Shown here in pieces: positions 42,001 to 52,920 of a stretch of 64,000 nt of DNA. How positions within the stretch are numbered: the stretch's first letter is position 1; each line of letters starts with the position of its first letter. The stretch comes from Litorilituus sp. (lineage in GTDB: Bacteria; Pseudomonadota; Gammaproteobacteria; Enterobacterales; Alteromonadaceae), in the NCBI GenBank assembly GCA_030754235.1, contig JASMAS010000074.1, positions 2,657-66,656 of the forward strand. The letters run 5' to 3'. The notes below the pieces were generated by a model. That model was not told the origin of the DNA. It made no database searches and saw only the letters and a list, made by a program, of their open reading frames with translations. The translations under genes and the position numbers were made by a program.

Positions 42001-42651
42001 ATGTTCAAACCCTATATTTTATTGTTAAGCTTATTTTTAGCCCTAACCACCTTACTTTCAGGTTGTGCAACTAGCCCAGTTAATTCATCGCCATCACAGA
42101 AAAATCGGTTAACTGGCGAACTAAGAGCTACGACATTATTAAAAAATAAACGCTGGAAATTACAAGGTAAAATAGCTTTTATTCAAAAAACAGCCAACAA
42201 GAAAAAAGATAAACGTGAAAGTGCAACAATATCTTGGCAAGTTAATCATGAACAAAATACGCAAGAACTCAATTTAACCAGTTATTTAGGCATTAATGTT
42301 TTACATCTCAAGTCCAAAGATACACATCACCAACTAAAAGTAGACGGTAAAGAGTATCACACTAGAGATTTAAGCCTGTTAATATATAACTTAACAGGCT
42401 TAACACTACCTATTGAAGCACTAAGTTTTTGGTTAAAAGGTATAGCCTACCAAGCGAATGACAAAATAGAGCTCAGCCCAGCAACACAATTACCAGTAAG
42501 TCTTACCAGTGCTTATAACAACACTTTCTGGAAAATTAATTATAGCCATTATCAAAACTTTAATGGTGTGAATATGGCAACCAAATTTATAATTAAAAAA
42601 AATGGACTCATAATTAAAGTTGCTGTTAATAAATGGTCACTTGCTGTTTAA
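42001..42651 (+). CDS. lolB: outer-membrane lipoprotein receptor LolB
   Basis: 216 aa with the lipobox LLSGC. It shows the hemA / lolB-ispE-prs synteny. Confidence 0.85.
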   Translation: MFKPYILLLSLFLALTTLLSGCATSPVNSSPSQKNRLTGELRATTLLKNKRWKLQGKIAFIQKTANKKKDKRESATISWQVNHEQNTQELNLTSYLGINVLHLKSKDTHHQLKVDGKEYHTRDLSLLIYNLTGLTLPIEALSFWLKGIAYQANDKIELSPATQLPVSLTSAYNNTFWKINYSHYQNFNGVNMATKFIIKKNGLIIKVAVNKWSLAV

Positions 42652-42662
42652 CGGATACTAAA

Positions 42663-43571
42663 ATGAATACCCATATAGACCAAACCTATAGCTTTCCTTC
42701 TCCGGCAAAACTTAACCTATTTTTACATGTTGTCGGACAACGTAACGATGGTTACCACGAATTAGAAACTTTATTTCAGTTCATCAACCATTGTGACACC
42801 ATCACTATTACTGTGACAGACAATAAAGAGATAGAGTTACTCACGCCAATAAAGGGCGTTAAAAATGAAGATAACTTAATCATAAAAGCAGCTCGTCTAT
42901 TACAACAAAATATAAAAGCGAGTTCTCCAACTTATGGCGCAAAAATAAGTATTGAGAAAGTACTCCCTATGGGAGGTGGCTTAGGAGGCGGCTCTTCAAA
43001 TGCTGCCACTATTTTAGTTGCACTTAATACCTTATGGCGAAGTAATTTCACTAATACAGAGTTAGCAGAAATGGGGTTGACATTGGGCGCAGATGTACCT
43101 ATTTTTATCCATGGTTTTTCTGCTTTCGCACAAGGGGTTGGCGAAAAGTTAACCCCATCCACTCCTAAAGAATGTTGGTATTTGGTCACCAAACCTGAGG
43201 TGAGTATTTCAACAGGTAGCGTTTTTACCTCACCCAACTTGCCTAGAAACACCCCAAAAATTTCCACAAATGATTTTAATCGTTATTATAAGGATAACGA
43301 ACTGTTTTTAGATGAAATTTACCATAATGATTGTCAATCCATGGTAATTAAACATTACTTTGAAGTTGCCAAGCTACTGGCTTGGTTGATAGAATATGCG
43401 CCGTCTAGAATGACAGGAACCGGAGCATGTATCTTTTCGCGCTTTTCCAGTCAACAAGAGGCGTGCGAGTTACAAGCAAAACTTCCTAAAGGAATAAGTT
43501 CGTTTGTCGCACAAGGGCTGAATACCTCGCCTTTATGCTCAGTGATAGAGCGCTTAATAAGTTCAAACTAA
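42663..43571 (+). CDS. ispE: 4-diphosphocytidyl-2-C-methyl-D-erythritol kinase
   Basis: Start trimmed to MNTHIDQTYSFPSPAKLNLFLHV. It has the GHMP kinase motif PMGGGLGGGSSNAA. Confidence 0.9.
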   Translation: MNTHIDQTYSFPSPAKLNLFLHVVGQRNDGYHELETLFQFINHCDTITITVTDNKEIELLTPIKGVKNEDNLIIKAARLLQQNIKASSPTYGAKISIEKVLPMGGGLGGGSSNAATILVALNTLWRSNFTNTELAEMGLTLGADVPIFIHGFSAFAQGVGEKLTPSTPKECWYLVTKPEVSISTGSVFTSPNLPRNTPKISTNDFNRYYKDNELFLDEIYHNDCQSMVIKHYFEVAKLLAWLIEYAPSRMTGTGACIFSRFSSQQEACELQAKLPKGISSFVAQGLNTSPLCSVIERLISSN

Positions 43572-43617
43572 TTGTCTGAGACTAGCCATTACAACGCTAA
43601 TTTCAGTTTTATACGGT

Positions 43618-43648
43618 TCAATACTTAAGAAACAACTTTAAGTATTGA
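43618..43648 (+). terminator. AT-rich hairpin after ispE (possible terminator)
   Basis: Perfect 11-bp stem TCAATACTTAA / TTAAGTATTGA with a 9-nt loop. A T-rich tract (GTATATTTTA) follows. Confidence 0.35.
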
Positions 43649-43659
43649 GTATATTTTAA

Positions 43660-44634
43660 ATGTCAAAAGTTTCTGAGGAACTGACTGTGCCTGACATGAA
43701 GATCTTTGCGGGTAATGCCACCCCTGAACTGGCCAAACAAATTGCAAATCGCTTATATATTACTTTAGGCGAAGCCAAAATTGGCAGTTTTAGCGATGGT
43801 GAAATAAGTTTTGAAATCAATGAAAATGTTCGTGGTAGTGATGTTTTTATTGTGCAATCAACCTGTGCTCCTACAAATAATAACTTAATGGAATTAATTG
43901 TGATGATCGACGCTTTTCGTCGTGCATCAGCTGGTCGTATCACGGCTGTTATTCCCTACTTTGGTTATGCTCGACAAGACAGACGTGTACGTAGTGCTCG
44001 TGTGCCTATCACAGCCAAAGTTGTTGCAGACTTTTTATCAAGTGTCGGTGTAGACCGCGTGTTAACCGTTGACTTACACGCTGAGCAAATCCAAGGCTTC
44101 TTCGATGTCCCCGTTGATAACGCTTTTGGTACTCCTATTTTGCTTGAAGATATGAAAAACCGTGAACTAGACAATCCCGTAGTTGTTTCTCCTGATATTG
44201 GCGGCGTTGTACGTGCTCGTGCCGTAGCAAAACTGCTTGATGATGCCGATCTAGCCATTATCGATAAACGTCGCCCTAAAGCAAATGTTGCCCAAGTAAT
44301 GCATATTATTGGTGATGTTAAAGGTCGCGACTGTATTATTGTTGATGACATGATTGATACTGGTGGCACCTTAGCCAAAGCAGCTGAAGCATTAAAAGAA
44401 CACGGTGCTAAACGTGTTATCGCTTATGCAACTCACCCGGTATTGTCAGGTAATGCAGCAGAAAACCTAAAAAACTCTGTTATTGATGAAGTAGTCGTTA
44501 CTGATTCAATTCCATTATCAAAAGAAATTCAAAAACTTAAAATGGTTCGTCAACTAACGTTAAGTGGCATGCTAAGTGAAGCAATTCGCCGTGTATGTAA
44601 TGAAGAATCCATTTCTGCAATGTTTGACCACTAA
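43660..44634 (+). CDS. prs: ribose-phosphate pyrophosphokinase
   Basis: Near-identical to E. coli Prs over its whole length ([20 protein letters not shown]...[10 protein letters not shown]). The true start may be the internal GTG/ATG ([10 protein letters not shown] at 43696). Confidence 0.96.
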   Translation: MSKVSEELTVPDMKIFAGNATPELAKQIANRLYITLGEAKIGSFSDGEISFEINENVRGSDVFIVQSTCAPTNNNLMELIVMIDAFRRASAGRITAVIPYFGYARQDRRVRSARVPITAKVVADFLSSVGVDRVLTVDLHAEQIQGFFDVPVDNAFGTPILLEDMKNRELDNPVVVSPDIGGVVRARAVAKLLDDADLAIIDKRRPKANVAQVMHIIGDVKGRDCIIVDDMIDTGGTLAKAAEALKEHGAKRVIAYATHPVLSGNAAENLKNSVIDEVVVTDSIPLSKEIQKLKMVRQLTLSGMLSEAIRRVCNEESISAMFDH

Positions 44635-44667
44635 TAGCTCTATTAACGAGTAAACCAACATTGACTA

Positions 44668-44698
44668 AAGCAGGTATTATTTAATATCTGCTTTTTTT
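44668..44698 (+). terminator. rho-independent terminator of prs
   Basis: AGCAGGTATT-ATTT-AATATCTGCT (10 bp including one G-U pair) followed by TTTTTTT. Confidence 0.75.
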
Positions 44699-44866
44699 AT
44701 GTTTTTTACGTAGCTTTACGTTATGGCTAGTGTTATTATGCCGCGCCTTTTTTATCTATTGCCTTATTTTCCATTCGAGATGGTGCAAAGAAAAAGTGCA
44801 GATACCCTTGTTTTTGGTCGCAAAAAACAAGATTTAATTTTTTTATACAATATAAGAGTATTTATC

Positions 44867-45484
44867 ATGACTGATTTATTTACTTTGGATGCTGAAGTAC
44901 GTACTGATCTAGGGAAAGGTGCGAGCCGCCGCCTACGTCACGCGAATAAAGTTCCTGCTATCCTTTACGGTGAAGGCCAAGAGCCAGTTTCTTTAACTTT
45001 AGAGCACAAAAATGTTTACCGTGCACAACAAGAAGAAGCGTTCTACTCACACGTATTAACATTAAATATTGCTGGCAAGCCAGTTGAGTGTTTAATTAAA
45101 GACATGCAACGTCACCCATTCAAAGATGTTGTTATGCACTTAGATTTCATGCGCATTGATGCAAAACATGCAATCCACGCTAATGTACCAGTTCACTTCA
45201 TCAATGAAGAGAACATTGCTAAAGCTGGCGCAACTATTGCTCACCACGTAACTGAAATTGCAATCACATGTTTACCAAAAGACTTACCTGAGTTTATCGA
45301 AGTAGACTTAGCGAGTATTGAAATGGGTCAAACATTACATTTATCAGACGTTACTTTCCCTAGCGGCGTGAAATCTGACGAATTAGCTAAAGGCGAAAGC
45401 CATGACCAAGCTGTTGTAACTGCAAATGCACCTAAAGGTGGCAATGACGATAGCGAAGAAGCAACAGAAGAAGCAGCTGAATAA
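44867..45484 (+). CDS. rplY: 50S ribosomal protein L25, long Ctc form
   Basis: Start trimmed to ATG 44867 ([24 protein letters not shown]). It is 205 aa with an acidic C-terminal tail. It shows the classic prs-ctc-pth-ychF synteny. Confidence 0.9.
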   Translation: MTDLFTLDAEVRTDLGKGASRRLRHANKVPAILYGEGQEPVSLTLEHKNVYRAQQEEAFYSHVLTLNIAGKPVECLIKDMQRHPFKDVVMHLDFMRIDAKHAIHANVPVHFINEENIAKAGATIAHHVTEIAITCLPKDLPEFIEVDLASIEMGQTLHLSDVTFPSGVKSDELAKGESHDQAVVTANAPKGGNDDSEEATEEAAE

Positions 45485-45505
45485 GCTCAAATAGACTAAC
45501 ATAAG

Positions 45506-46087
45506 ATGATTAAGTTAGTGACGGGGTTAGGTAATCCTGGCCCCGAATATTCAAGAACACGTCATAATGCTGGTGTTTGGTTTGTTGAAGAACTAGCACA
45601 ACGTAATAACATCTCTCTCCGCCCTGAAAAGAAATATTCTGGTCTTTACGGTAAGGGCTTAATTGGCGGCGAACTCGTCCACCTTTTAATACCAACAACT
45701 TTCATGAATCGTAGTGGTCAAGCAGTTGCACCACTGGCTAATTTTTTTCGTATCGATGTAGAAAACATACTTATTGCACACGATGAATTGGACATGTTCC
45801 CTGGCTCAGTTAAAATAAAACAAGGTGGCGGTCATGGGGGACATAATGGCTTAAAAGACATTATTTCTCGTATGGCAAATAACAAAATTTTTTTTCGTTT
45901 ACGTATAGGTATAGGCCATCCTGGCCATAGAGATAAAGTGACCGGCCATGTACTTGGTAAAGCGCCACAAAACGAACAAGCACAAATAGAGCAAGCAATA
46001 GATGAAGCAAGTCGTTGCTTTGAACTATGGCAAGTTGACGGCTTAAAAAAAGCACAACAACGTTTGCACGCATTCAAAGCCTTATAG
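45506..46087 (+). CDS. pth: peptidyl-tRNA hydrolase
   Basis: 193 aa with [20 protein letters not shown] and [12 protein letters not shown]. Confidence 0.95.
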   Translation: MIKLVTGLGNPGPEYSRTRHNAGVWFVEELAQRNNISLRPEKKYSGLYGKGLIGGELVHLLIPTTFMNRSGQAVAPLANFFRIDVENILIAHDELDMFPGSVKIKQGGGHGGHNGLKDIISRMANNKIFFRLRIGIGHPGHRDKVTGHVLGKAPQNEQAQIEQAIDEASRCFELWQVDGLKKAQQRLHAFKAL

Positions 46088-46198
46088 ACATAAGCTAGCT
46101 CTGGCAATAGCTGGCTCTTTTTGCAATACGATTAAAGTATTATGCTATTGCCCTCAATTTTTTACATTAACAACATTAACTATTTATAGGTATAAATC

Positions 46199-47290
46199 AT
46201 GGGATTTAAATGTGGTATCGTTGGTCTACCCAACGTAGGTAAATCAACCCTTTTTAACGCACTCACCAAAGCAGGTATTGATGCTGCAAACTTTCCGTTT
46301 TGTACCATAGAGCCAAATACCGGCGTAGTACCAGTGCCAGATCCTCGCCTTGATCAGCTAGCAGCAATCGTTAAACCAGAGCGTGTAATTGCAACAACAA
46401 TGGAATTTGTTGATATTGCCGGTTTAGTTGCGGGCGCATCTAAAGGTGAAGGTTTAGGTAATAAATTTCTTGCTAATATCCGTGAAACTGATGCAATTGG
46501 TCATGTAGTTCGCTGTTTTGAAAATGATAATATTATCCATGTCTCCAATAAAATTGACCCTGCAGAAGATATCGATGTCATTAACACTGAGTTAGCTCTT
46601 GCTGATATGGATACCGCTGAGCGTGCTGTTCAACGTCAAGCAAAACGTGCTAAAGGTGGCGATAAAGACGCACAATTTGAAGTACCAGTATTAGAAAAAA
46701 TATTAAAACATGTTGAAGGCGGTAATATGGTGCGCTCTTTAGATTTATCTAAAGAAGAAAAAGCGGCAGTGGCTTATTTAAACTTCTTAACTATCAAGCC
46801 AACGATGTATATTGCCAATGTAAATGATGATGGCTTTGAAAATAACCCTTATTTAGATATAGTGCGTGATATCGCCAAAAAAGAAGGTGCGGTTGTTGTG
46901 CCTGTTTGCGCTGAAATTGAAGGTGAACTCTCTGAAATGGATGACGAGGATAGAGATGAATTTATGGCTGAAATGGGTTTAGAAGAACCGGGCCTAAATC
47001 GCGTGATCAACTCTGGCTATGGTTTATTAAGTTTACAAACCTACTTTACCGCGGGCGTCAAAGAAGTCAGAGCTTGGACTGTTAAGCAAAATGCTACCGC
47101 CCCACAAGCAGCAGGAGTTATTCATACTGACTTTGAAAAAGGTTTTATACGTGCGGAAGTCATTAGTTTTGATGATTTTATTGAATTCAATGGGGAATCT
47201 GGTGCTAAAGACGCAGGTAAATGGCGTTTAGAAGGGAAAGACTATAAAGTAATAGATGGGGATGTTGTCCATTTCCGTTTTAATGTTTAA
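46199..47290 (+). CDS. ychF: redox-regulated ATPase YchF
   Basis: 363 aa with the G1 motif [13 protein letters not shown] and a TGS-like C-terminus. Confidence 0.96.
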   Translation: MGFKCGIVGLPNVGKSTLFNALTKAGIDAANFPFCTIEPNTGVVPVPDPRLDQLAAIVKPERVIATTMEFVDIAGLVAGASKGEGLGNKFLANIRETDAIGHVVRCFENDNIIHVSNKIDPAEDIDVINTELALADMDTAERAVQRQAKRAKGGDKDAQFEVPVLEKILKHVEGGNMVRSLDLSKEEKAAVAYLNFLTIKPTMYIANVNDDGFENNPYLDIVRDIAKKEGAVVVPVCAEIEGELSEMDDEDRDEFMAEMGLEEPGLNRVINSGYGLLSLQTYFTAGVKEVRAWTVKQNATAPQAAGVIHTDFEKGFIRAEVISFDDFIEFNGESGAKDAGKWRLEGKDYKVIDGDVVHFRFNV

Positions 47291-47395
47291 ATAATAAATT
47301 ATCCATTATCAATCGTTTCTAGTGTAAAACCAAAATTAAGCTACACTTTGATTGATAAAGGATATTAGGATAAAAATACCAAGCAGGGGTTTTCT

Positions 47396-47737
47396 ATGAA
47401 AAAAGTTCTTCTACTAACAGCTTTACTTACAACAAACAGCCTATTTGCAACTTCTGCGCAAGCAGATAACTTGTCTTTACGTATTTGTGAATACGTTCAA
47501 GCCAATGATAAAAACCGGTTAAGATCATTTTTAAAACAAAATAAAATAAAAATCCGTAATATATACGATGGGCTTCAATGCAATGGTGACAATTTACTTA
47601 TTTTTTCTGCCAAATCAAAAGCTCTAGAGGTAGGTGAGTTTTTAATAAGTAAGTTACCCGCTAAGAAAGTTAAAAAGCAAATCGACAATTTATCAAAACA
47701 TTCTGCACATTTAGCCGAAGAAGCGCGCGAAAGATAA
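47396..47737 (+). CDS. small secreted protein (DUF3718-like)
   Basis: 113 aa with a signal peptide ending SAQA. A terminator follows. The family name is from memory. Confidence 0.5.
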   Translation: MKKVLLLTALLTTNSLFATSAQADNLSLRICEYVQANDKNRLRSFLKQNKIKIRNIYDGLQCNGDNLLIFSAKSKALEVGEFLISKLPAKKVKKQIDNLSKHSAHLAEEARER

Positions 47738-47766
47738 TGTAAAGTTTTATAAAAGCCTAGCCACAT

Positions 47767-47810
47767 AAAAATGCATGCGTTAACATTTCTTTGTTATGCA
47801 TGCATTTTTT
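47767..47810 (+). terminator. rho-independent terminator
   Basis: AAAAATGCATGC ... GCATGCATTTTT forms a perfect 12-bp stem with a 19-nt loop and runs into TTTTTT. Confidence 0.7.
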
Positions 47811-47882
47811 GTCCAGTTAACACTCAAATTGCACAGGCAATAGCCAAACAAACAAAAAGTCGTATTTTTTCAAAAAAAACGG

Positions 47883-47911
47883 TTGACGAAAGCCAAGCAG
47901 ATTTGCATAAT
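47883..47911 (+). promoter_or_regulatory. sigma-70 promoter of the tRNA operon
   Basis: TTGACG (47883-47888), a 17-nt spacer, then CATAAT (47906-47911). A GC-rich discriminator ACGCGCC follows, and an A/T-rich UP-like tract lies upstream. It sits about 30 nt before tRNA-Met. Confidence 0.7.
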
Positions 47912-47942
47912 ACGCGCCACTTGCTGAGAGGCAAGATGGAAA

Positions 47943-48019
47943 GGCTACATAGCTCAGCTGGTTAGAGCACATCACTCATAATGATGGGGTCCCAGGTTCA
48001 AATCCCGGTGTAGCCACCA
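47943..48019 (+). tRNA. tRNA-Met (CAT), elongator type
   Basis: 77 nt including CCA, with the anticodon loop CTCATAA. It is almost identical to E. coli elongator tRNA-Met. Confidence 0.93.
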
Positions 48020-48055
48020 TTTCCATAATAATGTTGCTTGATGCAGATAAGAGAT

Positions 48056-48139
<84 letters not shown>

Positions 48140-48182
48140 TTTCTGACTTCATCAAATAAACATTAGAAAAGTAAGACATTGC

Positions 48183-48257
48183 AGGGGTATAGCCAAGCGG
48201 TAAGGCAGCGGGTTTTGATCCCGTCATTCAGAGGTTCAAATCCTCTTACCCCTGCCA
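48183..48257 (+). tRNA. tRNA-Gln (TTG)
   Basis: 75 nt including CCA, with acceptor AGGGGTA / TACCCCT and the anticodon loop TTTTGAT. It resembles E. coli tRNA-Gln. Confidence 0.92.
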
Positions 48258-48286
48258 CTTTTCAGAGTATCTCAAACTCATATCAT

Positions 48287-48370
<84 letters not shown>

Positions 48371-48417
48371 TATAGCCAAAAAATATAGTTAAATAATTTA
48401 CACACCTTAAACATCAC

Positions 48418-48493
48418 TAGACGCGCTACTCATATCAGAAAAGTAGGTTCCAGTATCTTTGATGTGAGAGTTCAAGTCTCTCCTCCCGTACCC
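48418..48493 (+). pseudogene. truncated and scrambled tRNA-Leu remnant
   Basis: TAGACGCGCT (a D-arm fragment) is followed by 16 unrelated nt. The exact 3' 49 nt of tRNA-Leu then follow (TAGGTTCCAG...CTCCTCCCGTACC), ending CCC instead of CCA. No acceptor 5' strand or anticodon-stem 5' strand is present. The 15-nt downstream flank TATAGCCAAAAAATA is also duplicated. Confidence 0.8.
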
Positions 48494-48743
48494 TATAGCC
48501 AAAAAATAAATTATTTACTAAATTTCGCTAAATCCACATTTAATACCACGTTAAAGCGTTTTATATTTTCATAATCCGCTCATAATCTAACCTGTTCAAA
48601 TCAGCTGTACTTATATCTGAACACTTAGCTGACAAAACTCTTCTAGAATTAGTTTATCTCGACTAGTTTGCAAAAAAATGAAGTGATAAGGTGCGCGCAT
48701 AATTATTAACAATAAGATTGCAGATAAAGTGAGGAAATAAGGC

Positions 48744-49778
48744 ATGGCTTTTTTTGATTTAACAGATTTTGATAACCATGAACAAGTTGTTTTTTGTAGC
48801 GATGAAAAATCAGGGCTTAAAGCTATTATTGCCGTTCATAATACTCAACTAGGTCCCGCTGTGGGTGGTTGCAGAATGTGGGATTATGCCAGTGATGAGG
48901 AAGCACTAATTGATGCACTACGTCTATCAAAGGGTATGACATATAAAAATGCCATGGCAGGTCTAAAAATGGGTGGCGGTAAATCAGTTATTATTGGGGA
49001 TGCTAAAACCCTAAAATCCCCAGCATTATTTAAGGCTTTTGGTGATGCATTAAATGGCTTAAACGGACGTTACTTAAGCGCCGAAGATGTTAATATCACC
49101 ACAGCTGATATAGCTATTGCTAATAGCGTAACGCCATTTGTCACTGGCACAGAAGGTAAAAGTGGCAACCCTGGTCCATTTACAGCCTTAGGGACGTTTT
49201 TAGGCATAAAAGCCAGTGTAAAGCACAAACTTAACTTAGATGACTTAACTGGCCTTAAAATTGCCGTACAGGGATTAGGAAGTGTAGGTTATGGTTTATG
49301 TGAACACTTACATAAAGCAGGTGCGACATTAATTGTTAGCGACATTAATCAAGCGGCATTAAATAAAGCAACCACAGAGCTTGGAGCTACGGTAGTTTCC
49401 TTAGATGAAATTTATGACCAAGACGTTGACGTCTACGCCCCTTGCGCTCTTGGTGCTAGCATTAACGATGAAACGATTAAACGTTTAAAGGCAACAATAG
49501 TTGCTGGCTGTGCTAATAATCAACTTGCTGAGCCCAGACATGATCAAGCATTGCTCGATGCAGGGATTTTATATGCTCCTGACTATGTTATCAATGCAGG
49601 AGGTATTATAAATGTTTCGTTTGAAGAGGATTATAGTGTCGAGCGTTCAACAAGAAAAGTTGAAAAAATTTATCACACCTTATTAGATGTATATGCTAAG
49701 GCTGATAAGCAAAATAAACCAACGGGAATTATTGCGGATGAGATGGCGCGTGAAATCATTAAAAATGGTGGAAAATAA
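48744..49778 (+). CDS. ldh: leucine dehydrogenase (Glu/Leu/Phe/Val dehydrogenase family)
   Basis: 344 aa with the catalytic region KGMTYKNAMAGLKMGGGKSVI and the Rossmann motif VQGLGSVGYGL. Confidence 0.85.
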   Translation: MAFFDLTDFDNHEQVVFCSDEKSGLKAIIAVHNTQLGPAVGGCRMWDYASDEEALIDALRLSKGMTYKNAMAGLKMGGGKSVIIGDAKTLKSPALFKAFGDALNGLNGRYLSAEDVNITTADIAIANSVTPFVTGTEGKSGNPGPFTALGTFLGIKASVKHKLNLDDLTGLKIAVQGLGSVGYGLCEHLHKAGATLIVSDINQAALNKATTELGATVVSLDEIYDQDVDVYAPCALGASINDETIKRLKATIVAGCANNQLAEPRHDQALLDAGILYAPDYVINAGGIINVSFEEDYSVERSTRKVEKIYHTLLDVYAKADKQNKPTGIIADEMAREIIKNGGK

Positions 49779-49857
49779 TTTGTTATAACAGGTAAGAGTA
49801 ACAGTTGATTATCTCCTGAATGTATATTTAAGGAGATAATCATTAAGAGTAATACTA

Positions 49858-50265
49858 TTATTGCTTACTCCATAGGTTCTCTTGCTGGTAGATGTTATAT
49901 AAATCTTCTGCACGGTTTATAAGCACACTAGCAAACTCTTCTTGCGCCTTATCGCCAACTTTTAATATATTGTCAGCTTGTAACTGCCACTTTAAGGAAA
50001 AATGACGAACAGCTTCACGCGCATTAGTTGCTGATTCAAATGCATTATAATCACTAGGAAGATCACCACCAATTACCCAATAAAAGCTGCCATCAAGCGC
50101 TTTAAGCTTCCATATAGCCAGTAAAGGCACTAAGTAACGACTTTCTTCTACAGCAACACTGTCTGTGACTATTCCTTGCTCGGCAAGATACTTAGTGGCT
50201 AGTTGGTATTGTTCTCTAACCCATTGCTGTTGTTGTTCGGTTGTCATTGATTGTTCTTGTGTCAT
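49858..50265 (-). CDS. conserved hypothetical protein (possibly DUF4826)
   Basis: 135-aa soluble protein, co-oriented with purC and 42 nt downstream of it. The family name is an uncertain recollection. Confidence 0.45.
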   Translation of the reverse strand: MTQEQSMTTEQQQQWVREQYQLATKYLAEQGIVTDSVAVEESRYLVPLLAIWKLKALDGSFYWVIGGDLPSDYNAFESATNAREAVRHFSLKWQLQADNILKVGDKAQEEFASVLINRAEDLYNIYQQENLWSKQ

Positions 50266-50307
50266 AGTAACCTCTTTATTAGTGACAACGATTAAATGTA
50301 TACGGGA

Positions 50308-51411
50308 TCATTCAATTAACTGATATTGTTCTCGAAGTATTTTTACAATGTCAGCTTTAGGATGATCACTGAGTACTATTTTTTCACCGGTAATTTTTTC
50401 AGCAATATCTCTATACGTTTTTGATACATCCATCAAAACTTCTAGTGGTAGTTCATTGTCACGAGCTAATGCTTCGCGCTCAGCCATGCGATCTTTATTA
50501 AGTAAAATGTCCGCATCAGGAAAATGACTTAGTAGCAATTGGCGGAAACCTTCCTTTGAGTTTTCAACTATTTTGCCAGCAAGGTATTGTTCACCATCCC
50601 AAATACGTGATGAATCTGGTGTGCCTACTTCATCCATATAGATGAGTTTATCATTACCGGCTTTATCTTTTACGTAACCAAATTCAAACTTGGTATCCAC
50701 AAATATTTGCTCTAGTTTACTTAACGCATTTGAGATCACATCAAAGCCATCTGTTAGCAATTTTTCATAAAGGCCAATATCATCAAGCGATTTAAAATTA
50801 AACGCAGCAAAGTTATCTTCAATGTTTTTACGGGTAATATTTACATCATCTACCGCAGGAACACCGGGAATGCCCTCTAAAATGCCTTTAGTCGATGGCG
50901 TTTGTAATAGCTCAGGTAGTTTGGTATCTTTTTCTAAGCCTTCAGGTAATTCAATACCACAAAATTTTCGCTCACCTTTAGCGTAGCTTCGCCACATTGA
51001 ACCGGTAATATATTGACGGCAAATGGCTTCAATCATCACAGGTCTAGCTTTTTGAACAATCCAAACAAACGGGTGTGGAATATCTAAAATATGACTATCT
51101 GCAAGCCCTTGCTCTTTAAACAACTTAAACCAATGATTAGAAATAGTGTTAAGCGCTGCACCTTTTCCCGGCACCCCTTTCATTCCGCCCTCACCTTGCC
51201 AAATACAATCAAAAGCGGAAATACGATCACTAATCACCATAATAGCTAGCGGCGTATCACTTGGCACATTATAGTTTTTTTCTTCAATAAGGCGTTTACT
51301 ATCGGCTGCAGTTAACCAATAAACAGAACGAACTTTACCACTATGTACAGGCCTGTCGGTACGAATAGGAAGATCATTATTAACGGCTAAAACTTTATCT
51401 GCTAAATTCAT
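50308..51411 (-). CDS. purC: phosphoribosylaminoimidazole-succinocarboxamide synthase (long Vibrio-type form)
   Basis: 367 aa with [17 protein letters not shown] and DTKFEFG, which are SAICAR synthase motifs. Confidence 0.9.
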   Translation of the reverse strand: MNLADKVLAVNNDLPIRTDRPVHSGKVRSVYWLTAADSKRLIEEKNYNVPSDTPLAIMVISDRISAFDCIWQGEGGMKGVPGKGAALNTISNHWFKLFKEQGLADSHILDIPHPFVWIVQKARPVMIEAICRQYITGSMWRSYAKGERKFCGIELPEGLEKDTKLPELLQTPSTKGILEGIPGVPAVDDVNITRKNIEDNFAAFNFKSLDDIGLYEKLLTDGFDVISNALSKLEQIFVDTKFEFGYVKDKAGNDKLIYMDEVGTPDSSRIWDGEQYLAGKIVENSKEGFRQLLLSHFPDADILLNKDRMAEREALARDNELPLEVLMDVSKTYRDIAEKITGEKIVLSDHPKADIVKILREQYQLIE

Positions 51412-51552
51412 GAGTTACCCTTATGTTGGCAATTAACAATTTGTAGTTCTTTTTTATACAATCAAATGAATGAATACAGCCCTAAGTTGAGCAATTCATT
51501 ATTTTATTGGTATTACTTTTTCTTTTTTAATGAATCTTGCTTTAAATTCATT

Positions 51553-51585
51553 AAAAAAGAAAAAGGACGCCTAAGCGTCCTTTTC
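51553..51585 (-). terminator. rho-independent terminator of the infC-rpmI-rplT operon
   Basis: Minus-strand hairpin AAAAGGACGC-TTAG-GCGTCCTTTT followed by TCTTTTTT. It starts about 20 nt after the rplT stop. Confidence 0.85.
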
Positions 51586-51603
51586 TAAATCACAGTTCAA
51601 TTC

Positions 51604-51966
<363 letters not shown>

Positions 51967-51978
51967 CTATCTCTCCTA

Positions 51979-52173
51979 TTAACCGTGACGTAAAAGTTTT
52001 TTAACTGATGCAATATCAGAAGCAGCGATCATGCACTTAGCACGTAAATGACGCTTAACTTTAGTACGACGCTTAGTCAAGATATGACGAAGGCCAGCTT
52101 GTTTGAACTTATAGCCAGAAGCTGTTTTTTTAAAGCGCTTTGCAGCACCTTTATTGGTTTTCATTTTAGGCAT
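51979..52173 (-). CDS. rpmI: 50S ribosomal protein L35
   Basis: 64 aa beginning [17 protein letters not shown]. Confidence 0.97.
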   Translation of the reverse strand: MPKMKTNKGAAKRFKKTASGYKFKQAGLRHILTKRRTKVKRHLRAKCMIAASDIASVKKLLRHG

Positions 52174-52362
52174 TTTAAATAACTCTCAAATTTATATCCA
52201 TAATATGGATATATGCCAAATATTAAGTAGCGAGGGCGAAATTAATTTAACACCTAAAGTGAAAATCAATTTACTTGCAAGCCTGTACTACCAGCGTAAA
52301 GATAAAATTGGTGAATTAATCTAACTATGAATAATTAAATTAATTACTTGTCAAACCAAAGA

Positions 52363-52920
52363 TTATCTATTTTTAGGGGCTAAGACCATCACCATTTGAC
52401 GTCCTTCCGCGCGACGCGGGAAAAACTCAACTACGGTTAACTCTTCTAAGTCGTTTTTAACACGAGTTAGTAGCTCTAAACCAAGTTCTTGGTGGGCCAT
52501 CTCACGACCACGGAAACGTAATGTAACCTTGACCTTGTCGCCGCCTTCTACGAAGCGTTTCAGGTTACGCAATTTAACCTGATAATCACCTTCATCTGTA
52601 CCAGGACGGAATTTTATTTCCTTCACCTGTATTTGTTTCTGCTTTTTACGTTGTTCTTTTTGCTCTTTAGATTTTTCATAAAGAAACTTGCCGTAATCCA
52701 TAACTCGACAAACAGGAGGTTTAGCAGTTGGGCTTATTTCAACAAGGTCAACACCGGCTTCATCAGCTTGGTCGAATGCTTCATTTAACGAGACAATGCC
52801 GCCTGGCTCTCCATCAAACTTTATTAAACGAATTTCGTTACCCGCAATACCTGTGATTAACTCATTTAAACGATGTGCTGGCTCTTTTTGCCCGCCTCGT
52901 TGTCCACCTTTGATAGCCAT
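52363..52920 (-). CDS. infC: translation initiation factor IF-3
   Basis: Colinear with E. coli IF3 (IKGGQR... VDLVEISP...[28 protein letters not shown]...). The real initiator may be the ATC at 52914-52912 rather than the ATG at 52920 (see findings). Confidence 0.95.
   Translation of the reverse strand: MAIKGGQRGGQKEPAHRLNELITGIAGNEIRLIKFDGEPGGIVSLNEAFDQADEAGVDLVEISPTAKPPVCRVMDYGKFLYEKSKEQKEQRKKQKQIQVKEIKFRPGTDEGDYQVKLRNLKRFVEGGDKVKVTLRFRGREMAHQELGLELLTRVKNDLEELTVVEFFPRRAEGRQMVMVLAPKNR

Noticed and set aside
44723-44866. N-terminal extensions suggested by the ORF track: rplY from 44723, fadJ to 2894, thrS to 55077, the CPXCG protein from 58000, the CsiV-like protein from 29268, ispE from 42633, and the fructosamine kinase from 57046
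   Set aside because: The extensions have no homology to the respective families and overlap upstream genes or terminators. Internal ATGs align with the known N-termini and have better ribosome-binding sites.
49806-49842. 12-bp inverted repeat TGATTATCTCCT...AGGAGATAATCA between ldh and the convergent hypothetical gene, considered as a bidirectional terminator
   Set aside because: It has a 13-nt loop and no U-run on either strand. I left it as an unexplained hairpin rather than an annotated terminator.
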